Shown here: positions 47,143 through 54,764 of the stretch, piece after piece
How the letters are laid out: each line of letters opens with the position of its first letter
How positions within the stretch are numbered: the first letter of the stretch is position 1
Assembly (NCBI GenBank): GCA_041613315.1
Contig: JBFJHJ010000013.1
Location: 1-64,000 of the forward strand
Direction: 5' to 3'
DNA from: Gemmatimonadales bacterium
GTDB lineage: Bacteria > Gemmatimonadota > Gemmatimonadetes > Gemmatimonadales > GWC2-71-9
DNA length: 64,000 nt
The notes under the pieces: generated by a model
Seen by the model: only the letters and a program-made list of their open reading frames with translations
Database searches by the model: none
Told to the model about the DNA's origin: nothing
Program-made: the position numbers and the translations under genes

Positions 47143-48954
47143 ATGGCGACCACCGCGGCCGCGCTGGCCCCGACCACCCGCGAGACCTTCGGCGCCACGA
47201 TCTGGAGCTGGGTCACCACGACCGATCACAAGCGGATCGGGATCCTGTATGGGGTCACCGCGTTCATCTTCTTCTTGATCGGCGGGCTGGAAGCGCTCCT
47301 GATTCGCGCGCAGTTGGCGCGGTCGGAGAACACGCTGCTGAGCGCGGAGACGTTCAACCAGCTGTTCACGATGCACGGCACGACCATGGTCTTCCTGGCG
47401 ATCATGCCGCTGTCGGCCGCGTTCTTCAACTACATCGTCCCGCTGCAGATCGGTGCCCGCGATGTCGCCTTCCCGCGGCTGAACGCCTTCAGCTACTGGG
47501 TGTTCCTGCTGGGCGGCCTCTTCCTCAACACGAGTTTCCTGGTGAATGCCGCCCCGAACGGCGGCTGGTTCGGCTATGCGAACCTGACGTTGAAGCCGTA
47601 CTCACCGGGGCTGAATATCGATTTCTGGGTGCTGGGCCTGCAGGTGCTCGGCGTGGCGTCGATCGCCGCCGGCATCAACTTCATCGTTACGATCATCAAT
47701 CTTCGGGCGCCGGGCATGCGGCTCATGCGTATGCCCGTCTTCACCTGGATGACGCTCGTGACCCAGTTCCTCGTGGTCACGGCCTTCCCCGTCTTCACGG
47801 TCGGCCTCACGTTCCTGCTGTTCGACCGGTTCTTCGGGACGACGTTCTACGCCGTGGCGGCCGGCGGCAGCGTTCTCCTCTGGCAGCACTTGTTCTGGCT
47901 GTTCGGGCATCCCGAGGTCTACATCCTGATCCTGCCCGCGATGGGCATCGTCTCGGAGGTGGTGCCCACCTTCTCGCGGAAACCGCTGTTCGGGTACGCC
48001 ATCGTGGTCTACTCCGGGTTGCTGATCGGCGTCCTGGGATGGGGCGTGTGGGCGCACCACATGTTCTCCGTCGGGCTCGGGCCGATCGCGGACTCGGTAT
48101 TCGGCGCCACGACGATGCTGATCGCGATCCCCACCGGCGTGAAGATCTTCAACTGGATCGCCACGATGTGGCAGGGGAAGATCCGGCTCGCGACGCCCAT
48201 GCTGTTTGCGCTGGGCTTCATCGCGATGTTCACGATCGGGGGGCTGTCGGGCGTGATGCACTCGTCGCCGCCGGCGGATCTCCAGCAGACCGACACCTAC
48301 TTCGTCGTCGCGCACATCCACTACGTGCTGTTCGGCGGCGCAATGTTCGGAATCTTCGCCGGGATCTACTACTGGTGGCCCAAGGCGACCGGGCGGCTGC
48401 TCGGGGAAGGGCTGGGCAAGCTGCATTTCTGGCTGATGCTGATCGGGATGAACCTCGCGTTCTTTCCGATGCACTTCATCGGCCTGTTGGGCATGCCGCG
48501 GCGGATCTACACCTATGGGCCGGAGCTCGGTCTCGACACCCTGAACCTCGTGTCCACCGCGGGCGCGTTCCTGATCGGCTTCTCCCTGTTGGTGTTCCTC
48601 TGGAACGCCTGGCGGTCGGGGCGCCGGGGGCTGGTAGCCGGCAACGACCCATGGGGCGCGCCGACGTTGGAATGGACGATCAGCTCGCCACCTCCGCCGT
48701 ACAACTTCGCGGTGCTCCCCGACGTCCACAGCCGCCTGCCCCGGTGGTCCACGCGCGAGATGCGCGAGCAGCCGGCGGAGCCGCCGCACCCCATCCATCT
48801 GCCGGGCGGATCCTACTGGCCCGTCGTGACGGCGCTGGGGATCATTGGCATCGCGACCGGAGCGCTGCTTCACGCCCTGTGGGTCGTCCTGGTCGGGGTC
48901 GCCGTCGTGGTGGTCGGGATCTACGCCTGGGCCTTCGAGCCGTTCGAGATCTGA
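47143..48954 (+). CDS. ctaD: Cytochrome c oxidase subunit I (A1 type) with two extra C-terminal TM helices
   Basis: TDHKRIG, TMHGT, WLFGHPEVY, WAHHMF, VAHIHYV, GMPRR. Confidence 0.97.
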   Translation: MATTAAALAPTTRETFGATIWSWVTTTDHKRIGILYGVTAFIFFLIGGLEALLIRAQLARSENTLLSAETFNQLFTMHGTTMVFLAIMPLSAAFFNYIVPLQIGARDVAFPRLNAFSYWVFLLGGLFLNTSFLVNAAPNGGWFGYANLTLKPYSPGLNIDFWVLGLQVLGVASIAAGINFIVTIINLRAPGMRLMRMPVFTWMTLVTQFLVVTAFPVFTVGLTFLLFDRFFGTTFYAVAAGGSVLLWQHLFWLFGHPEVYILILPAMGIVSEVVPTFSRKPLFGYAIVVYSGLLIGVLGWGVWAHHMFSVGLGPIADSVFGATTMLIAIPTGVKIFNWIATMWQGKIRLATPMLFALGFIAMFTIGGLSGVMHSSPPADLQQTDTYFVVAHIHYVLFGGAMFGIFAGIYYWWPKATGRLLGEGLGKLHFWLMLIGMNLAFFPMHFIGLLGMPRRIYTYGPELGLDTLNLVSTAGAFLIGFSLLVFLWNAWRSGRRGLVAGNDPWGAPTLEWTISSPPPPYNFAVLPDVHSRLPRWSTREMREQPAEPPHPIHLPGGSYWPVVTALGIIGIATGALLHALWVVLVGVAVVVVGIYAWAFEPFEI

Positions 48955-48955
48955 C

Positions 48956-49537
48956 GTGACGCACGCCGCCGCGCACCACACGAGCACCGGACTGGACAGC
49001 CGCAAGATGGCCTTCTGGACCTTTATCGGGTCCGAATGCCTCCTGTTCGGGTCGCTGATCTCGACCTACCTCGTCTACAAGGGGCAGAGCGTCACCGGCC
49101 CGACGACGCACGAGATCTTGAACATCCCGCTGACGTCGGTCAGCACGTTCGACCTGCTGATGTCCAGCCTGGCCATGGTGCTGGCACTCGCCGCCGTGGC
49201 CCGAGGGGACCGGCTCTGGGCGCGTGTCTGGCTCGCGACCACGGCGCTGCTCGGCGCCGTGTTCCTCGGCATCCAGGCGTACGAGTTCACCACGTTCGTC
49301 CATGAGGGGCTGACGCTCCGGACGAACCTGTTCGGGTCCACCTTCTTCGTGCTCACCGGCTTTCACGGCGGCCACGTGTTGATCGGCGTGGTGTGGCTGC
49401 TCACCTTGCTGTTGCGATCGTTCCAGGGAAAACTCGGACCCGAGCACGCGCTGAACGTCGAGATCGCCGGACTCTACTGACACTTCGTGGACGTTGTGTG
49501 GATCGTGATCTTTACCGTGGTCTACTTGATCCAATAA
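48956..49537 (+). CDS. ctaE: Cytochrome c oxidase subunit III with in-frame TGA at 49478-49480 (recoded, pseudogene or sequence error)
   Basis: FWTFIGSECLLFG, FFVLTGFHGGHV, then GLY*HFVDVVWIVIFTVVYLIQ ending in TAA at 49535-37, which overlaps the ATG of the next gene. Confidence 0.88.
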
Positions 49538-49857
49538 TGGACGGGGCGATGGACCAGCAGCGAGAACATCACGAGTCGGCGCATCCCAGCACGGCGACCT
49601 ACGTCGTCATCGCGGCGATCCTCACGGTCATCACGCTGGTGGAGGTGGGCGTGTTCTACGTACCGGCGTTCAAGCCGGTACTGGCGCCGATTCTCCTCGT
49701 GCTGTCGGCGGGCAAGTTCGCGCTCGTGGTCATGTTCTACATGCATCTGAAGTCGGACCACCGGTTATTCACGCTGCTCTTCTCCCTGCCGCTCCTTATC
49801 GCTCTCGGGGTGGCCCTGGCGCTGCTGTTCCTGTTCGGCGTGTTCGTGTCGGGGTGA
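49537..49857 (+). CDS. ctaF: Cytochrome c oxidase subunit IV (caa3-type)
   Basis: YVVIAAILTVITLVEV, KFALVVMFYMHLK; 3 TM. Confidence 0.9.
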   Translation: MDGAMDQQREHHESAHPSTATYVVIAAILTVITLVEVGVFYVPAFKPVLAPILLVLSAGKFALVVMFYMHLKSDHRLFTLLFSLPLLIALGVALALLFLFGVFVSG

Positions 49858-49885
49858 CGGGCGGCCGGAGGGCTCGCTGAGAGCG

Positions 49886-49922
49886 CGGGGCGGCGGCGGA
49901 CCCTGAGTCCGCCGCCGCCCCG
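49886..49922. terminator. Strong hairpin between convergent genes
   Basis: CGGGGCGGCGGCGGAC-CCTGA-GTCCGCCGCCGCCCCG, a 16-bp perfect stem; no U-tract. Confidence 0.55.
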
Positions 49923-49943
49923 TGGGTCACGGGGACTCGCGGG

Positions 49944-50525
49944 TCAGCTAGCGGGTGGCTCCCGCAGGTCAGGGGTCGGCTCGCGGTACGCATCCACATG
50001 CTCGCCCGCGGCCTCGTCGAGCGGCTCGCCCAGCGGGTGGGCCAACAGCTCCTCGCGGATCTTGGGGTGCATCCGCCACAGGTAATAGCCCATGCCAAAC
50101 GCCGCAATCGCGTTGCCGATCGCGACGTTCCACCAGGTGAGCGCGCCGAGGAGGGGCTGCGCCACGACGGCCAGCAGGATGTAAAAGCCCACCTCGAAGA
50201 TCGCGAAGAAGACGACGACGATGTACAACGTGGACGGGAACAGCTCGATCTCGTACGCGAGGGCGGCCGCAATCACGCCCACCGCGACGAAGGCGACCAC
50301 ATGGACCATCGTGTAGCCGATGACGGTGGCGAAAACCTGTTCACCCGTCGGGAAGATCGCGCCCACCTGGGCCGGATCCCGCAGACCCCAGAAGAGCGCG
50401 GCGCCGAGCATCTTCGGGGTGAAGAATGGCTGCCCGTTGACGGTGTCGACAACGAGAAACCACAGGGCCACGGCGGCCGCACCGATGAGTCCGGCCACGA
50501 AGCCCTCCCGAAGGATCCGTTGCAT
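49944..50525 (-). CDS. Hypothetical integral membrane protein (about 4 TM)
   Basis: Hydrophobic ORF MQRILREGFVAGLIG...YTMVHVVAF...; divergent from the 50630 cluster. Confidence 0.75.
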   Translation of the reverse strand: MQRILREGFVAGLIGAAAVALWFLVVDTVNGQPFFTPKMLGAALFWGLRDPAQVGAIFPTGEQVFATVIGYTMVHVVAFVAVGVIAAALAYEIELFPSTLYIVVVFFAIFEVGFYILLAVVAQPLLGALTWWNVAIGNAIAAFGMGYYLWRMHPKIREELLAHPLGEPLDEAAGEHVDAYREPTPDLREPPAS

Positions 50526-50629
50526 CAGTCCCCCTTGCACGGGCGGTCGGCACCCAATATAGGGACTCGTGCCCGCCTGGCGAGTCCCGATTGCGGCGCA
50601 TCGGCATTCTCACTCAAATTACGGGACGC

Positions 50630-51013
50630 ATGACCCGCGACCTCAAGTTCCGTCAGGCGGCATTGGTGTACCTGCACGTCGGCATCCTCTACGAGGGCGC
50701 CGTCGTGGCCATGTGGCAGCGGGGTCTGCTCTTTCCGCACGGCCCGCCATGGATGCGGGCGATCCCGCCCTGGGGGTGGATGCTCATCGGAGCAGCCATC
50801 GTCGCGGTGGTCGTGTGGGGGCTGTGGACGTGGCAGAACGTCTGGTTCGCCCGCGCCGTGTGGTTCATCGGCAGCCTTCGCGTCCCCACGTTGCTGGCGG
50901 GGGCGTTCTTTCCGCGGCCGGAGCACGTGCTGAGCCCCGCGTTCTACGGAACCGCGCTCGCCGTCGTGCTCATCAACCTCTGGATGCTCGCCCGCGCGGC
51001 ATGGGACGTATGA
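50630..51013 (+). CDS. Hypothetical integral membrane protein (about 4 TM)
   Basis: MTRDLKFRQAALVYLHVGILYE...LWMLARAAWDV; ATGA overlap with the next gene. Confidence 0.75.
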   Translation: MTRDLKFRQAALVYLHVGILYEGAVVAMWQRGLLFPHGPPWMRAIPPWGWMLIGAAIVAVVVWGLWTWQNVWFARAVWFIGSLRVPTLLAGAFFPRPEHVLSPAFYGTALAVVLINLWMLARAAWDV

Positions 51014-51909
51014 CGCCGGATTTCCGCACCTATCATGACGTGACAGGGGACGATCGCTCCGGCCTGCTCGAGCAAGTGGGGCGCCAGCGGGAGCGCGTAC
51101 GCGCCCGCCTCGCCGACGTGAGCCGCGTGGTGGCCGTCATGAGCGGTAAGGGCGGCGTTGGCAAGAGTCACGTCACCGCTGGCCTCGCCTACGCCGTGGC
51201 GACACGGGGGGAGGGCGCCGTCGGCGTTCTGGATGCGGACCTCCAGGCCCCGACGGCGGCCCGCCTGCTTGATGCCCGCGGTCCGGTACGCGTGGGAGAC
51301 GACGGCGCCGAGCCGGTGATGGGTGCGGGTGGCGTGCGGGTGTTCTCGATGGACCTCCTGCTGGCGGAGGGACAGCCGTTGCGCTGGCGCGAGCCGGAGT
51401 CGGAGCGATTCGTGTGGCGTGGCACGCTCGAGACGGGCGCGCTCCGTGAGTTTCTGAGCGACGTCCGGTGGGGTGCCCTGGAAGTGCTGCTCATCGATCT
51501 GCCGCCCGGAGCCGCGCACCTCGCCGACCTCAAGTCGCTGGTGCCGGCCCTGACCGGCGCCGTCGCCGTCACGATCCCGAGTGAGGAATCCCGGCGGGCG
51601 GTGGAGCGCGCCATTCGCGCGGCCGGGGACGCGGGCATCCGGCTCCTGGGCGTGGTGGAGAACCTGAGCGGGTACGCCTGTGCCGGGTGCGACTCGACCC
51701 AGCCGCTGTTCCCAGGTGACGCCGGTGCGTCGCTCGCGCGCGCTTTCGGAGCGCCGTTGCTTGGCCGGATCCCCTTTACTCCCGCGCCGCCGCCGGCAGA
51801 CGAAAGCGGTCGGGTGTGGCCGCCGCCGCCCGCGCGTTCCGCCGCCGTGGCGGTTCCTCCCGTTGTGCCGTCCTCGCTGGTGGACGCGTTTCTCGAGGCC
51901 CTGTCATGA
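51010..51909 (+). CDS. Mrp/NBP35/ApbC family P-loop ATPase (Fe-S carrier-like)
   Basis: VMSGKGGVGKS, LDADL, LIDLPPG, GVVENLSGYACAGC. Confidence 0.9.
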   Translation: MTPDFRTYHDVTGDDRSGLLEQVGRQRERVRARLADVSRVVAVMSGKGGVGKSHVTAGLAYAVATRGEGAVGVLDADLQAPTAARLLDARGPVRVGDDGAEPVMGAGGVRVFSMDLLLAEGQPLRWREPESERFVWRGTLETGALREFLSDVRWGALEVLLIDLPPGAAHLADLKSLVPALTGAVAVTIPSEESRRAVERAIRAAGDAGIRLLGVVENLSGYACAGCDSTQPLFPGDAGASLARAFGAPLLGRIPFTPAPPPADESGRVWPPPPARSAAVAVPPVVPSSLVDAFLEALS

Positions 51910-52346
51910 AATTCCTTTGCGTCGACTGCGACGAGCGGATGCACTTCGAGGAGCGCGACGTTCCGGGCGACGGGACGTTCGCCGCGGCGTTCACCTGTCC
52001 CCGGTGCGGGCGGCGCATCGCGCTCCTCGCCAACCCCATGGAGACGCAGCTCGTCGAATCGCTCGGCGTGCAGATCGGCGGCCGGCGGCTCGACGAGCAG
52101 CCCCTCGAGCTCGTCCGGCAGCGGGTGGTGGGCCGCGAAGACGCTTTCGAGGATGCCGAACGGCCGCCCCGCGGCCGGCCCGCATGGAGCCCCGAGGCAC
52201 GCGAGCGCCTCGGCCGCGTGCCGAATTTCGTGCGGGGCATGGTGCAGAAGATCTACGCCGAATACGCCGCTGAGCGCGGGATCGCCGAGATCACACCTGG
52301 CGTGATGGATCAGGCGCGTCAGGAGCTGGGACTGGAGGGGATGTAA
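51906..52346 (+). CDS. Zn-ribbon-like (CxxC...CxxC) protein with C-terminal PCP_red-like domain
   Basis: CVDC, CPRC; WSPEARERLGRVPNFVRGMV...ITPGVMDQAR. Confidence 0.8.
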   Translation: MKFLCVDCDERMHFEERDVPGDGTFAAAFTCPRCGRRIALLANPMETQLVESLGVQIGGRRLDEQPLELVRQRVVGREDAFEDAERPPRGRPAWSPEARERLGRVPNFVRGMVQKIYAEYAAERGIAEITPGVMDQARQELGLEGM

Positions 52347-52589
52347 GTGCCGGACGTTGAGCAGCGGGCCGTCGGCGGCCTGAGCGTGCGGATCGACCGC
52401 ACGCTCTGCGTGGGCTTCGGGGACTGCATCACGGAAGCGCCGGAGGCCTTCGCGCTGGACGGCGAGGGGATCGCCGTGTTCCTCGCTCCCGAGGCTGTCG
52501 ATCGCGAGCGGTTGCTCCGCGCGTGCGACGCGTGTCCCGTGGACGCGCTCACGGTGGTGGACGACGGAGGCCGGCAACTCGTCCCTTGA
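52347..52589 (+). CDS. Small monocluster ferredoxin (probably 3Fe-4S)
   Basis: IDRTLCVGFGDC...APEAF...ACDACPVDAL. Confidence 0.88.
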   Translation: MPDVEQRAVGGLSVRIDRTLCVGFGDCITEAPEAFALDGEGIAVFLAPEAVDRERLLRACDACPVDALTVVDDGGRQLVP

Positions 52590-52614
52590 CACACCCGCCA
52601 GGGGGTCCCATACT
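52586..52614 (+). promoter_or_regulatory. Sigma70-like internal promoter
   Basis: TTGACA (52586-91), 17-nt spacer, CATACT (52609-14), ahead of a ~150-nt leader and GGAGG RBS. Confidence 0.6.
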
Positions 52615-52763
52615 CGCCCCGAGCGTAGGGGAAAAAGGCGCCGCTGACGGATTCTCGGTGGGGAAGCAGCCGGCAACCGGCGTGGCACCCGCCGTCGTCG
52701 TGATACAGAGATCGCCAGATCTGTTGCCTTCCGAACACGACCATCCGGGCCGGAGGCCGTGCT

Positions 52764-54764
52764 GTGTATAGGGAAATCTTCGTTCCCGTCGATAACTCCC
52801 AGCATTCCAATTGGGCCGTCGACCGCGCGATCGAGATCGCGGCCACCACCGGGGGTTACATCACCGGGAATCACGTGTATGCCGCCCGTCTGCACGACAT
52901 ACGGTTCCGCCAGTTGGAGACCGGGCTCCCCGCCCGATTCCAGACGCCCGAGGAGATCAAGCGCCAGCGCAAGGTGCACGACAAGCTGATCGAGAAAGGC
53001 CTCCAGTTGATTTCGGACTCGTTCCTCGACCAGGTCGAGCTGCGCGCGGCGCGGGCGGGCGCGCCGCTGCGCCGGCAGCTGCTCGAAGGCATCAACTATG
53101 AGGAGATCGTCCGTGAGGTGAACCGGGGCGAGGGCACTCTGCCGAGCCTCATCGGCTTCGATCCGAACATCGCGGCGAGCTATGACGGCGGCGCCACGGT
53201 GCGGAGCGACGTGCGGTTGGGGGCCGATGGGCGCATCGTCGGCGAGGACGAAGATCAGGCGGACAAGGTCGCCGGTACGTCGGGGCGGCGCTACGACCTG
53301 ATCGTCATCGGCGCACACGGTATCGGCCGTCAGCCCTACTCCCAGCTGGGCGGCGTCGTCGGTCGGGTGGCCCGCGGCGTCGAGAAGGACATGCTCCTGG
53401 TGCGCGACGACCGCCCGCTGGCGGGCGGCACCCTTATGGTGTGCGTGGACGGGTCCTCATACAGCTACAAGGCGATGCGCGAGGCACTGGAGCTCGCCCG
53501 CCGCTTCGGCTCGTCGCTGTACGTGTGCAGCGCCTTCGACGTGGAGTACCACCACGCGGTGTTCCACAACATCAAGGACGTCCTGTCGGTCAAGGCCTCG
53601 AAGGTGTTCAAGTTCGAGGAGCAGGAAGAGCTGCACAACAACATCATCGACAAGGGTCTGCTCAAGCTCTCCCAGGCAAACCTCAAGCGGGCCGAAGTGA
53701 TGGCGCAGGAGTTCCCCGACGTCCCGCTCACGACGCAAATCCTCATCGGCAAACCGTTCCAGGTGATCCTCCAGTGGGTCGAGGAGGTCCGTCCATCGCT
53801 TCTCGTGATCGCACGGCACGGCGCGCACCGCATCGAAGGGACCGAAATGGGGTCGCAGGCCGAGAATCTGATCCGCCTTGCGCCCTGCAACATGCTGGTC
53901 GTCGGCACGCAGGCCGTCCGTCCTGAAGAGATTCCGTGGATCGAGGAGGACGGCGAGGCCGGACTTCCCTGGGCGCCCGAGGCGGAGGTCCGCATTCTCC
54001 GGGTGCCGCCGTTCGCCCAGGGGATCGCGCGCCGGGCGGTGGAGGAATACACGGCGGAGCACGGTGGCGACGTGGTGACCAACCCATGGCTGGACCAGGC
54101 GATCCAGAAGCTTCTCCCGACCCACATGCAGCTCATCATGGGCATCGGCGATGCCGAAGAAGTCGCCCGGGCCGAGGTGAAGGCCGAAGAGCAGATGGCG
54201 AAGACGGTGGTGCGCGGGAGCGACCGTGACCAGGAGGCGGGGGGCGCAACCCTCGAGGTCCGCTGTCCCGTGACCGGCCACGTCACCACGCGGCCGCGAA
54301 CGGCGGCCGACCAGCCGGTATGGACCCGGGAGGCGTTCGAGCGTCTGACGGTGGTGCCGCTCATCGCCCGGCCCCTCGCCCGCATGACCGTCGAGCGATT
54401 CGCGCGGCAGCACGATGTCTGGCGGATCACCACGAGCGTGATGGATGAGAACAAGCAGGCCATGATCGAGGCGGACGAGTTCGACGCCGAGACCATGATG
54501 GGCATGTTCCGCGAGCTGCGGGCCAAGCAGATCCGGGCGGAGGCCGAGGGTCGCGACGCTTTATCGCCGGAGATGCGTCAATTCATCGAGGAGGCGAAGC
54601 GCGCCGGGGTCACACGCTGCCCGATCCGTGACCTCGAGGATCGCAGTATCGACGAGCAGATGGCCGCCTGTCCGGTGGACTTCAAGCTGGCGACCCCCGC
54701 CGACGCGAAGGCGGCCGTCGAGCGCGTGCTCTCTCAGGAGACGGAGGAGGAGCCGGAGCCGTGA
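52764..54764 (+). CDS. Multi-domain universal stress protein (2x USP + 2x PCP_red-like + Cys-Pro motifs)
   Basis: IFVPVDNS...DLIVIGAHG; MVCVDGS...LLVIARHG...MGSQAENLIRLAPCNMLVV; two W-x2-EA-x2-R-x3-VP domains; RCPV, RCPI, ACPVD. Confidence 0.85.
   Translation: MYREIFVPVDNSQHSNWAVDRAIEIAATTGGYITGNHVYAARLHDIRFRQLETGLPARFQTPEEIKRQRKVHDKLIEKGLQLISDSFLDQVELRAARAGAPLRRQLLEGINYEEIVREVNRGEGTLPSLIGFDPNIAASYDGGATVRSDVRLGADGRIVGEDEDQADKVAGTSGRRYDLIVIGAHGIGRQPYSQLGGVVGRVARGVEKDMLLVRDDRPLAGGTLMVCVDGSSYSYKAMREALELARRFGSSLYVCSAFDVEYHHAVFHNIKDVLSVKASKVFKFEEQEELHNNIIDKGLLKLSQANLKRAEVMAQEFPDVPLTTQILIGKPFQVILQWVEEVRPSLLVIARHGAHRIEGTEMGSQAENLIRLAPCNMLVVGTQAVRPEEIPWIEEDGEAGLPWAPEAEVRILRVPPFAQGIARRAVEEYTAEHGGDVVTNPWLDQAIQKLLPTHMQLIMGIGDAEEVARAEVKAEEQMAKTVVRGSDRDQEAGGATLEVRCPVTGHVTTRPRTAADQPVWTREAFERLTVVPLIARPLARMTVERFARQHDVWRITTSVMDENKQAMIEADEFDAETMMGMFRELRAKQIRAEAEGRDALSPEMRQFIEEAKRAGVTRCPIRDLEDRSIDEQMAACPVDFKLATPADAKAAVERVLSQETEEEPEP

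Noticed and set aside
49478..49530. Selenocysteine insertion at the ctaE TGA
   Set aside because: The homologous residue is Trp, not Cys, and I see no convincing SECIS-like hairpin downstream.
48956..49537. Genome-wide TGA reassignment (genetic code 4/25)
   Set aside because: TGA ends many genes at their expected C-termini (ppc RNTG-TGA, several ATGA/GTGA overlaps), and the other conserved Trp codons I read are TGG.
52615..52763. Cobalamin or SAM-I riboswitch
   Set aside because: Only fragments (GGGAA, GGCAACC) match; the remaining conserved core elements are not recognisable.
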